Positions 9,608 through 17,979 of a stretch of DNA of 64,000 bases are shown in pieces. Both the position numbers and the translations under genes were made by a program. Every line of letters begins with the position of its first letter. Within the stretch, counting starts at the first letter, position 1. This DNA comes from Terriglobales bacterium (GTDB lineage: Bacteria > Acidobacteriota > Terriglobia > Terriglobales > Acidobacteriaceae), in contig DATJSG010000016.1 in assembly GCA_035504195.1 (NCBI GenBank), positions 284,828-348,827 of the forward strand, read 5' to 3'. The notes beneath the pieces were generated by a model. That model was not told the origin of the DNA. It did not search any database and saw only the letters and a program-made list of their open reading frames with translations.

Positions 9608-10540
9608 TTGTTCGCTGAGGTCAGAAAGCGCGTGCCCCCTGAAAAATTTCGCGTGGCTCTGGTGCAGATGTCCTGCGGCCCGGAGCCCGAGCAGAATCTC
9701 GAAAAGGCCCTCAGCCGCGTCGCCGACGCCGCCGGCCGCGGCGCGAAAGTAGTCTGCCTGCCCGAACTTTTTCAGACGCAATATTTCTGCCAGCGCGAAG
9801 ATCATTCTCTGTTCGATCTCGCCGAGCCAATCCCCGGACCTAGCTCCGAAAAGCTCTCCGCCGCCGCCCGCAGCAACGGAGTTGTCCTGATCGCTTCTTT
9901 GTTTGAAAAGCGCGCCGCCGGCGTCTACCACAACACCGCTGCCATCTTCGACAGCGACGGCACGCTCCGCGGCCTCTACCGCAAGATGCATATCCCCGAC
10001 GACCCTCTCTACTACGAGAAGTTCTATTTCACTCCCGGCGATCTCGGCTTCCGCGCGCTCGAGACCAGCGCCGGCAAGCTGGGCACGCTCGTTTGCTGGG
10101 ATCAGTGGTATCCCGAAGGCGCCCGCCTCACCGCGCTGCAGGGCGCCAGCATTCTCTTCTATCCCACGGCGATCGGTTGGCATCCTTCCGAGAAGGCTGA
10201 GTTCGGCGTAGCTCAACACGACGCCTGGCGTACCATTCAGCGCTCCCACGCCATCGCCAACGGAGTCTACGTCGCCGTGGTGAACCGCGTCGGCTTTGAA
10301 ACCGGCAACGTCCGCGGCAAGTCAGCTCCCGGCCAGGGATTGGAATTCTGGGGCGCGTCTTTTTTCTGTGACCCCTTCGGTAGAGTCCTCGCCGAAGCCT
10401 CGCATGATCGCGAAGAAATCCTGGTCGGCGACGTCGACCTGAAAGCGCTCGAAGACATCCGCCGCAACTGGCCGTTCCTGCGCGACCGCCGCATCGACGC
10501 CTACGCACCGATCACGAATCGTCTGCTCGATGGACGGTAA
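9608..10540 (+). CDS. aguB: N-carbamoylputrescine amidase (nitrilase superfamily)
   Basis: VALVQM...CLPELF...YRKMHIPDDPLYYEKFYFTPGD...LVCWDQWYPEGAR...FYPTAIGW are hallmarks of NCP amidase. The start is TTG, or nearby. Confidence 0.85.
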   Translation: MFAEVRKRVPPEKFRVALVQMSCGPEPEQNLEKALSRVADAAGRGAKVVCLPELFQTQYFCQREDHSLFDLAEPIPGPSSEKLSAAARSNGVVLIASLFEKRAAGVYHNTAAIFDSDGTLRGLYRKMHIPDDPLYYEKFYFTPGDLGFRALETSAGKLGTLVCWDQWYPEGARLTALQGASILFYPTAIGWHPSEKAEFGVAQHDAWRTIQRSHAIANGVYVAVVNRVGFETGNVRGKSAPGQGLEFWGASFFCDPFGRVLAEASHDREEILVGDVDLKALEDIRRNWPFLRDRRIDAYAPITNRLLDGR

Positions 10541-10638
10541 AATCGGGTCAATGAGTGTAACGGCTAACAACAGTTGTGCGAAAATACCCACGATGAAACG
10601 ATGCGCCGCTGAAAGAGACAAAACGGGGAGAGCATCGA

Positions 10639-11016
10639 GTGCCGCGATGGATAACCGCCCTTTGGCTGGCGTTTGTTGTCAGCCTAGCATTGACATCGAT
10701 AGTTATCGCCGTCCGGTTGAACTGTGACCCGGTCCGAACTCTCGGCTACCTCGTGGCCAGTTCTATACCCATCTTCGCATTGTCTGCTGTCGTGTACTTC
10801 GCGTTGTACGGGTTAAGCATATTGTTGGAGGGACTCGACTATCACAAGACCCACTGCGACGACAGCAAGCACTGGGGGCGGGACGGCGGACTTCATGCGA
10901 TGACCGTTCGGTCTGGCGAGGGGCAGATTGGCGTAAACATCCCAATTACACCGGAACCAGTTCGTCACGATCAACGTCCGCCCCTGGACTGCGTGATTTC
11001 TCATCCCGTGCAATAA
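10639..11016 (+). CDS. small membrane protein (hypothetical)
   Basis: 125-aa ORF with two predicted TM helices at the N-terminus. No family was recognised. Confidence 0.35.
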   Translation: MPRWITALWLAFVVSLALTSIVIAVRLNCDPVRTLGYLVASSIPIFALSAVVYFALYGLSILLEGLDYHKTHCDDSKHWGRDGGLHAMTVRSGEGQIGVNIPITPEPVRHDQRPPLDCVISHPVQ

Positions 11017-11025
11017 ACTACCCCC

Positions 11026-12216
11026 ATGCCCCGGTCCAGTAAGTCAGGTAACCCTTTAAGTGCTGCCCCGGCAGGTTCCGGCTACGCCATGCCCGCCGAG
11101 TGGGAGCCCCACGCCGCCACCTGGCTCGCCTGGCCGCACAACCACGACGACTGGCCGGGAAAATTCGAGCCCATCCCGTGGGTCTACGCCGAAATCATCC
11201 GCAACCTCGCCCGGCACGAACGCGTCGACCTGATCGTGAACAACGCCCGCGCCCAAACCCAGGCCCGCAAGTTGCTGAAGCTCGCCAACGCGCTCACGCC
11301 CAACGTCCACTTCCATCGCTGGCCCACGAACCGCGTCTGGCTCCGCGACTCCGGCTGCATCTTCTTGAAACGGGAAGGGCACGACTTTAGTCGTGCCGAT
11401 CAGGACCACAAGAAAGTTGGGGCTTCAGCCCCTGGGGGAACCGTCGCTCTCAAGTTCCGTTTCAACGCCTGGGCGAAATATTCCAACTGGCGACTCGACG
11501 ACAAGATCGGCAGCCTGATGGCGCACACCAAAACCCCCACTTCTCGCGCCCAGAACGCGCGAGAAATGGGGCACCCGCATTCTCACTTGCACGAAATTCA
11601 CCCCGTCTCCGCCGGCAAACACATCGTGCTCGAAGGCGGCTCCATCGACGTCAACGGCGCGGGCACCATCCTCACCACCGAGGAATGCCTGCTCAGCAAA
11701 ATCCAGCAGCGCAATCCGCACATGACCCGCGTCCACTACGAAAAAGCGTTCGCCGATTATCTCGGCGCACCCAACGTCATCTGGCTCGGACGCGGCATCG
11801 TCGGCGACGACACTCACGGCCACGTCGACGACCTCACCCGCTTCGTCTCCGCCGACGCCGTCGTGACCATGGTCGAGCCCAACTCCCGCGACGCCAACCA
11901 TGCCCCCTTGCTCGCAAATTTGCGCCGCCTGCAAGCCGCACGCGATCAAGCCGGCAGAGCACTCAACATCGTCGAACTCCCCATGCCCGGTCCTGTCGTC
12001 TTCGAAGGCCGCCGCCTCCCCGCCAGCTACGCCAATTTCTACATCGCCAATAAAGTCGTGCTGGTCCCGGTCTTCAACGATGCCAACGATCGCATCGTTC
12101 TCAACACTTTGGCGGGCGTGTTCCGCACGCGGCAGGTCGTTCCCATTTATGCGGGAGATTTGGTCTGGGGCCTCGGGACTCTGCATTGCATGACGCAACA
12201 ACAACCAGCAGAATAG
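11026..12216 (+). CDS. aguA: agmatine deiminase
   Basis: MPAEWEPHAATWLAWPH, WLRDSG, LEGGSIDVNGAGTILTTEECLL and the C-terminal GTLHCMTQQQP are agmatine deiminase motifs. It contains two in-frame repeat-derived segments (see the repeat features at 11372 and 11534). Confidence 0.85.
   Translation: MPRSSKSGNPLSAAPAGSGYAMPAEWEPHAATWLAWPHNHDDWPGKFEPIPWVYAEIIRNLARHERVDLIVNNARAQTQARKLLKLANALTPNVHFHRWPTNRVWLRDSGCIFLKREGHDFSRADQDHKKVGASAPGGTVALKFRFNAWAKYSNWRLDDKIGSLMAHTKTPTSRAQNAREMGHPHSHLHEIHPVSAGKHIVLEGGSIDVNGAGTILTTEECLLSKIQQRNPHMTRVHYEKAFADYLGAPNVIWLGRGIVGDDTHGHVDDLTRFVSADAVVTMVEPNSRDANHAPLLANLRRLQAARDQAGRALNIVELPMPGPVVFEGRRLPASYANFYIANKVVLVPVFNDANDRIVLNTLAGVFRTRQVVPIYAGDLVWGLGTLHCMTQQQPAE
11372..11440. 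repeat. REP-like palindromic element embedded in the aguA CDS
   Basis: The hairpin GGCACGAC-ttta-GTCGTGCC and GGGGCTtcAGCCCC are present. The 17-mer GAAGGGCACGACTTTAG is identical to intergenic 1431-1447. The segment encodes EGHDFSRADQDHKKVGASAPGG. Confidence 0.6.
11534..11576. repeat. hairpin repeat (CCCCACTTCTC...GAGAAATGGGGCACCC family) embedded in the aguA CDS
   Basis: The sequence is CCCCACTTCTCGCGC-ccagaac-GCGCGAGAAATGGGGCACCC. The 17-mer GAGAAATGGGGCACCCG recurs at 56452-56468. Related hairpins lie at 33512-33545 and 49113-49156. Confidence 0.65.
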
Positions 12217-12540
12217 CCGTCAGTCGTCGCCGCACTGTTCGCGACTCACCCTCTTCTGTCATCCTCAGGCAGCGGAGTCCCCGGCGAAGCCGAGGACTCC
12301 CAAACGAAGCGCCTCTGCACTTGGCCTCCCCACCTGTCTACTTTCGTGGTCTTGACGGGCCCACCGCTTTCAGCTAATTCTATGAGCTTAACCTTAGTGC
12401 ATTGACAGTCGCGCCAGGCTCCTAACTCCTTGCGGCTCAAGATTTTGACTCCTAAGTTCTTTAGATCATGGAATTTGGCGGGAATTTCCCGCTAAGCTGG
12501 TGATTCTACAGATTCGGGGGGGAGGGGGAGGGGGTACCCA

Positions 12541-12560
12541 CATAAGCGCTAACTTAAGGA
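12541..12560 (+). repeat. left terminal inverted repeat
   Basis: CATAAGCGCTAACTTAAGGA; its exact reverse complement is at 24734-24753. Confidence 0.85.
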
Positions 12561-12593
12561 GCAGGTTTTACGGCACCGACCTATGCTTGATGA

Positions 12594-13147
12594 ATGCGTA
12601 CCTCTGAAGAAGACTGGAATGTACTCGCATCCTTGCTTCCCGCAGGATGGCAGCAAATGGCGTGGCAGTCGGGTGCGCTGGAGCGATTGCGTCGGTTTTC
12701 ATCGCTCGACGTGCTGTTGCGTACTCTGATGCTTCATGTGGCAAGGGGTTACTCCTTGCGAGAGACGGTACTTCGCGCCAAACTGGCGGATTGGACGGAC
12801 ATTTCGGACGTGGCCTTGCTCAAGCGTTTTCGCCATAGCGAGGAATGGTTGCGTCTCTTTTGTATCGAATTGCTTCGGGAAACCGTCGCGTACCAGCTCG
12901 AAGAAGATATCACTCGGACGATCCGGATTGCACTATCGTCAGAGAGCCAGGCAAGACGGGGAGCCAATGGAGAATTCTGTATAGCATCAGACTACCGAGT
13001 TTCGTGTGTGATTTTTTCGAGGTGACCGCCACGATTGGCGAAGGCAGCGGAGAGTCACTGAACCGTCTGCCCGTGGGTCCGCGCGAATTTATTCTTGCGG
13101 ATGCCGGCATAGCACATCAAAAAGGTCTTTTCGGTCATTCGACATAA
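12594..13147 (+). pseudogene. IS4-family-like transposase, N-terminal fragment with frameshift
   Basis: ORF 12594..13025 (DWNVLASLLPAGWQQMAWQSGALERLRRFSSLDVLLRTLMLHVARGYSLRETV...ISDVALLKRFRHSEEWL) resembles an IS4 N-terminal domain. Homology-like sequence continues in another frame (12845..13147: TIVREPGKTGSQWRILYSIRLPSFVCDFFEVTATIGEGSGESLNRLPVGPREFILADAGIA). It then stops about where the GH3 gene ends. Confidence 0.6.
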
Positions 13148-14754
13148 TGACCGTTCAGCTGGCTTGACCAGCCATCGAGCGAACTGAGACCCGCCGGCTT
13201 GATATCGCCCAGCCGCTTTCCCATATCCTGGAGCCGCTGGCAGTATGACCGATAAGCGTCATCCGAGACGCGGAACAGTCGCGGAGGGCACAATTGGCCG
13301 AGCCGCCGGCAATAGGCGTAGTGCGGATTCGCCGAGAGAAGGCCATCCAGTTTGGCACACATTTCCTCGGTAGCGTCAGCGTTGATGTAAAGCGTGTAAC
13401 GCGATTCTTTCGTATCCACGTCGGGCGCAAGCATGGCGAAAGATGGCCGAGTCTGCGCTTCATGAAATAGTTTCATCAAGACCGACGCCACAAATCCGTC
13501 GGATAATTTTTCTCCGACGTAGTCCGAGAGTTGCGCGGACTTGCCGACGAAACGAATAGATGGAGTTCGCCCCAGCATTCCGCCAACCACCACTCGATCA
13601 TCCAGGCGATAACGCCACAATCCCCCGCCGGTTGTGAGAATGACGTTGTACTCGTGATCTTGTTGGAGGTCTGATGAACAGCGTACCAGTCCGGCAGCAT
13701 CTTCAAATTCCAAATAGTGAGATCGAATGGCGAGCGGATGCTGGCCTTGAAACGGTATAGAAACGATACCCTCAGTTGCGATGAGCCCCTTGGGTTGGAC
13801 TACGACCGAGCCCAACGACTGCGCGAGTTCGGCGGCGGCACCAGCGGCGTGCCCGTCGGTCCAACAGCTCAGGATTCTGAGTTTGGGCCACACCTGATCA
13901 ATCTTCAGAGGACCACTTATCCGCAATTCTTCAGAACGGCGAGGGTCGGAACGAAACCGGATTTCTGCACGCGCTGCCGGGGGAAGGCGTTTCGCCACAG
14001 CACATGTCCCGGTGGCTATCTCTGCTAGGAGTTGAGTCCAGTGATCGACGATTGTTTGCAGCAGCAGCGAAAAGAAGGAGGGATGCCACACTGAGACGAG
14101 ACTCAGGTCCCTTCGTCGAAGCAAAAGCAATGCCGTGATGTAGCGCCAATCCTCCGTGGACGAAATGTGTTTAAGCTCAGACGGCACGGCCATGCTCGCA
14201 TCGATCAGCCGTTTATGCCACCTCCCGAGATATGCAGCGTCCTCATCAAACCCAACCGGTATCGACGAGCGCTCAACAAACTGAAACGGGTCCGCAATGG
14301 CAGGGGAAATAGACCAATACGCTACGCCCAGCACCGCCTTAGGATGCATACGATAAAGGTCAAAAATCCAGGGACCGATCGCCTGGTTGAGCTCCGAATG
14401 CATCGAGGCAGTATAGGGAATGAGTTTGCGCGCGGCCGTTGAGCCACTGGAAGGCACCAATCGCCTCACCGGCTCATCGGTCAGCACTCGAGTTTCCCCC
14501 TGTCGGATTCTCTCAATCCACGGCCGCAGATCATCGTAGTTACGAATGGGAACGCGACTGGCAAATTCCGCAGGGGTACATTCCTCCGACAATCCGTGCT
14601 CTTGGCCAAAGGCAGTGCGTGCGTTCTTTCTGAGGAACGAGCGAAGCACCTGCTCCTGAGCAGCAGCCGGATCCTGCAGAGCGGTGGCGAAGGCAGCATA
14701 GGAACGGCTGCTGGCAAGCCACCATAACGAGTTTGCGAGAGCAGCCTTCACCAT
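13135..14754 (-). CDS. GH3-family acyl-adenylate-forming amido synthetase-like protein
   Basis: Start at Met24 (MVKAALANSLWW). RNYDDLRPWIERI and VPSSGSTAARKLIPYT (the SSG(T/S)T..K.IP adenylation motif) are typical of bacterial GH3 proteins. Its start overlaps the upstream stop (ATGGTGA). Confidence 0.7.
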   Translation of the reverse strand: MVKAALANSLWWLASSRSYAAFATALQDPAAAQEQVLRSFLRKNARTAFGQEHGLSEECTPAEFASRVPIRNYDDLRPWIERIRQGETRVLTDEPVRRLVPSSGSTAARKLIPYTASMHSELNQAIGPWIFDLYRMHPKAVLGVAYWSISPAIADPFQFVERSSIPVGFDEDAAYLGRWHKRLIDASMAVPSELKHISSTEDWRYITALLLLRRRDLSLVSVWHPSFFSLLLQTIVDHWTQLLAEIATGTCAVAKRLPPAARAEIRFRSDPRRSEELRISGPLKIDQVWPKLRILSCWTDGHAAGAAAELAQSLGSVVVQPKGLIATEGIVSIPFQGQHPLAIRSHYLEFEDAAGLVRCSSDLQQDHEYNVILTTGGGLWRYRLDDRVVVGGMLGRTPSIRFVGKSAQLSDYVGEKLSDGFVASVLMKLFHEAQTRPSFAMLAPDVDTKESRYTLYINADATEEMCAKLDGLLSANPHYAYCRRLGQLCPPRLFRVSDDAYRSYCQRLQDMGKRLGDIKPAGLSSLDGWSSQLNGHYVE

Positions 14755-15485
14755 GGTGCTAACCCAGCCGCCATGCGGCGGCCAGCTGGCGTCAGGTTGT
14801 GCGGCGAGAGTTCGGTGAGACACACCAACTCATCACCTCGCTCGTGAGCCGGATTACGGGACAGAAAGAACTTGACGTGAGAGTCTCTATGGCGGCCCGC
14901 GGGGACCTCGGCAAGCGGACCGCGCAACCTTTGTGGATTTTGGAAATGGACCACCCCGGTCCTCGCATCATATGCATGGCCGAATCTTTCGGCGGCTAAC
15001 AGGTCGGTCAAACGCTTCCAGTATGGCGGTGTTTGCGAATCAAAGCGTGGGAAGAATTCTCGCCAGAACAGCGGTAAGAAACGATAGGTACGAAAACCGG
15101 AGGTGATCAAGAGCCATAGATAAAGACCACGCCGGTAACGATTGCGCAACTCGGCTACTGCTGCGATCCAGGTTCGGGGAAGGGTCGACGCGTTCCAACC
15201 TTCTGAAGCAACGATTGTGTCTCCCGAATAGACCACGCTGTATATTTCGCCACCGACTGATGTCTCGTACACGAGAAGCGTTGAGAACCCGACGAAGCAA
15301 CCGCCCTTCTCCAGCAAGATGACCCAATTTTTTTCCGAAAGATCGCGCTGGAATTGGGCCGGGGTCACACCTTCAAAGTGTTGGGACAGCAAGCCGTACA
15401 TCTGACTCAGATCGTGCTCCTGAAGGAGTCGGCGCGCAACAAGACGGCCAGTACAGGCCGCTTCAATCTCCGCTGCGGAGCTCAA
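14748..15485 (-). CDS. GNAT-fold acyltransferase-like protein (function unknown)
   Basis: 245-aa ORF with a TTG start that overlaps the upstream stop (TTGA). The central segment WVILLEKGGCFVGFSTLLVY...YSGDTIVASEGW looks like a GNAT core. The family assignment is from memory only. Confidence 0.5.
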   Translation of the reverse strand: MSSAAEIEAACTGRLVARRLLQEHDLSQMYGLLSQHFEGVTPAQFQRDLSEKNWVILLEKGGCFVGFSTLLVYETSVGGEIYSVVYSGDTIVASEGWNASTLPRTWIAAVAELRNRYRRGLYLWLLITSGFRTYRFLPLFWREFFPRFDSQTPPYWKRLTDLLAAERFGHAYDARTGVVHFQNPQRLRGPLAEVPAGRHRDSHVKFFLSRNPAHERGDELVCLTELSPHNLTPAGRRMAAGLAPW

Positions 15486-16651
15486 AGGGTTGCCACCTCC
15501 GGGAAAAACAACCGTTCATCGAGCTTGGGAGTAAAAGCGGCGCCGTCCTCCCAATACACAGCGTAAATGCGGCTCACATATTCGCGCACACGAAACACCC
15601 TCCGGAGATGCGCCAGACGAGGGTCGCGCGAATCAAAGCCAATCACCACGTAGTCGGCGGACCGGGCGCTAGGGGAGGTCCGCACGAGATTGATCAGACA
15701 TTCCGTGAGTTCCGGCTGATCAGACCGCGCGGCTAAATGGGAAACATAAACGTGCGAAAGCGCGCTGCCAATCTCCGGCAGGAGAGGCGTGCCGAGGAAC
15801 CTAGCCGCAACATTGCAGAATGGCCTCGCCCATTTCAAAACCCCTGAATATCCGCGTACCACGCTCTGCTTCATTGCTCTCTGGTCCCAGATGGCAGCAC
15901 ATCCCACCTGTGTCTCAAGACTCGAATACAAAGTACAGAAATCATCGGCACAAATTTCGCTTGCCGACCAAACCGGCGCAAATTGGTATTCACGATTGTT
16001 GCGGTTCAGGATTTCCAGGATATCGAGGCTGCTGCTGTGCGAACCGGGCAGCGCTCGAAGATCTCCCTTTCGAAGCAACCGCCGGGTACGGGATGCAGGA
16101 TGATTGAATTTCCAGAAATGACTCCGGCGGATGATCAGTGTCACCAAGTCGCCGAGAAACCTGTAGGTCGGCATTCCCGTGAGTCCTTTCTCCAGGAATC
16201 TGAGCGCTGCCTGATTGCCAGCAACGATGCTGCTCAGGTAGATCAGAGGCCCGCCCTGGTCATGGATATTCCTAAAGAGGTCATAGCCGCGGCGAAGGAT
16301 TTCAGCGCGGCCTTTGCACGACCGATCCAATCGCAGCCCGCTGAGATAACCAACCCGCATCGGCTCGCCATTAATAAATCTTTGACGAGCTGAGATGCTG
16401 CCAGTGGCCACAACGCGTCCGTTTTCAATGGCAACAATGGTTTGGTGTTCCGATCCTTCGAATTTGGCGGCAGCGAAAAACTCGGGCTCGCGCTCCAGGG
16501 ATACGCTGATGGAGCCCGGTATTGGATTCTCGCGGAGTAGGCGCCGGAGCGCCGCATCGTGGTCCGCGGTAGCCAACTCAAAATGCAGGCCATTATTAAG
16601 GCGTTTATCATTGCCAACGATTAATTGGCCTGAAGCAACGGACCCGTCCAC
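15482..16651 (-). CDS. two-lobed GNAT-like protein (function unknown)
   Basis: 389-aa ORF. FELATADHDAALRRLLRENPIPGSISVSLEREPEFF and VGYLSGLRLD resemble an N-acyltransferase fold. The start is uncertain: ATG 16651 overlaps the upstream gene by 31 nt, and an in-frame TTG lies further downstream. Confidence 0.5.
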   Translation of the reverse strand: MDGSVASGQLIVGNDKRLNNGLHFELATADHDAALRRLLRENPIPGSISVSLEREPEFFAAAKFEGSEHQTIVAIENGRVVATGSISARQRFINGEPMRVGYLSGLRLDRSCKGRAEILRRGYDLFRNIHDQGGPLIYLSSIVAGNQAALRFLEKGLTGMPTYRFLGDLVTLIIRRSHFWKFNHPASRTRRLLRKGDLRALPGSHSSSLDILEILNRNNREYQFAPVWSASEICADDFCTLYSSLETQVGCAAIWDQRAMKQSVVRGYSGVLKWARPFCNVAARFLGTPLLPEIGSALSHVYVSHLAARSDQPELTECLINLVRTSPSARSADYVVIGFDSRDPRLAHLRRVFRVREYVSRIYAVYWEDGAAFTPKLDERLFFPEVATL

Positions 16652-17979
16652 GATTCGTCCCCCAATGGATATCCATCACGCAAGCCTACATCGCCTCGGT
16701 GCATTGCATTGATGAGAAAGAAATTGCGCCACATGAAGCCATCGGCGCGATTGATGGGATCGAAACCTCTGCGAACGATGCTGCGCCACGAGTAAAACTT
16801 TCGCCGCGCCTCCAGACAACAACGTTGCAGGTCCACCGGAGTCATTCCCGCCGGACGAAAAGGAATGTCATTGTATCGATAACGATCATTGAGCCACCAG
16901 GCATCATAGATCAGTCGCCCGCCGGCCTGGAGGCGCTTGTACAACGGCGTGCCAGGAAATGGTGTGAGGTGGTTAAAAGCAGCAATGTACATCGAATTCG
17001 ACTGAGCAAACTTCACTGTTTGTTGAAAACTTTCCGGAGTGTCGCGATCATACCCAAAAATGAACGTTCCATAGAGACGAATGCAATACTTTCGCAAGTT
17101 TTCGAGCGCTTTCGCAAAGCCGCCGCGCATTAAGTTGAAGGATTTATTCATGTCCTTCAAGTTGTCGGAATCGAGACTTTCAAACCCAATCAACACTCCC
17201 ATACAGCCGCTGCGTACCAGCAACTCCAGGAATTCCTCGTCGTGAGCCGCATTTATGCTCGCCTGGCTTACCCAGCGGACTTTCGCCGGAATCAACTCGC
17301 GAAAGAATTCCTTCGCCTGAGCGAGATTTGATGTGATGTTGTCATCTACGAAAAAGAAGAGCTTTCTGTGTTTCTTCACGGCGTTGACTTCCGCAACAAT
17401 ATCGTCCAAGGGCCGGCGGGTTTGAGTGGCGCCGAAAACCGTCTGCACCGCGCAGAACTCGCATCGAAAGTGACAGCCCCGGCCTGCTTCAACAAGGCCG
17501 ATCGGTAGATATCGCTTTCCGCGAAAGATAGAGCGATCGGGTTTGACTTTCGCCAATAATGGACGACCTTCTGCCCTGTATCGTTCTCGCAATCGCGCTG
17601 ACCGAGCGTCGTCAATCACTTGCTCCCATAGACTCTCCGCCTCGCCCACAACGACGGCCTCCGCGTACTTCGCGACCTCATCGGGCACAAGCGAGGCATG
17701 AAAGCCTCCCATCACCACCGGTATCTTGCGGCGACGGTATTCACTGGCGATCTGATAGGCACGCTTCGCGGTATAGGTTTCGACGCTGATCGCGACAAGG
17801 TCGGTCGGTTCATCAAACGGAATGCGCTCCATACGATCGTCGTAAAACCTCACTTCCACACCCTTGGGCGTAAGGCCGGCAATGGTCGCCGCCGGCAACG
17901 ACTCCATCTGCCAAGTCCGGACATAACTGCTGTCGCCATTCCGGCGCCCGATGCAGGGATGGACAATTGTCAGTCTCAT
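16621..17979 (-). CDS. B12-binding-domain radical SAM protein (class B, DUF4070-type C-terminus)
   Basis: Start at Met28 (MRLTIVHP) overlapping the upstream stop (ATGA). It has an N-terminal Rossmann-like B12-binding region (DLVAISVETYTAKRAYQIASEYRRRKIPVVMGGFHAS). The CxxxCxxC motif is in GRGCHFRCEFCAV. Confidence 0.8.
   Translation of the reverse strand: MRLTIVHPCIGRRNGDSSYVRTWQMESLPAATIAGLTPKGVEVRFYDDRMERIPFDEPTDLVAISVETYTAKRAYQIASEYRRRKIPVVMGGFHASLVPDEVAKYAEAVVVGEAESLWEQVIDDARSARLRERYRAEGRPLLAKVKPDRSIFRGKRYLPIGLVEAGRGCHFRCEFCAVQTVFGATQTRRPLDDIVAEVNAVKKHRKLFFFVDDNITSNLAQAKEFFRELIPAKVRWVSQASINAAHDEEFLELLVRSGCMGVLIGFESLDSDNLKDMNKSFNLMRGGFAKALENLRKYCIRLYGTFIFGYDRDTPESFQQTVKFAQSNSMYIAAFNHLTPFPGTPLYKRLQAGGRLIYDAWWLNDRYRYNDIPFRPAGMTPVDLQRCCLEARRKFYSWRSIVRRGFDPINRADGFMWRNFFLINAMHRGDVGLRDGYPLGDESWTGPLLQAN

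Noticed and set aside
12370-12540. A second mobile element or att site in the AT-richer stretch just left of the island.
   Set aside because: It has only short palindromes (e.g. GCGGGAATTTCCCGC) and a CTCCTAA duplication. It has no ORF, no integrase and no repeat matching the right flank.
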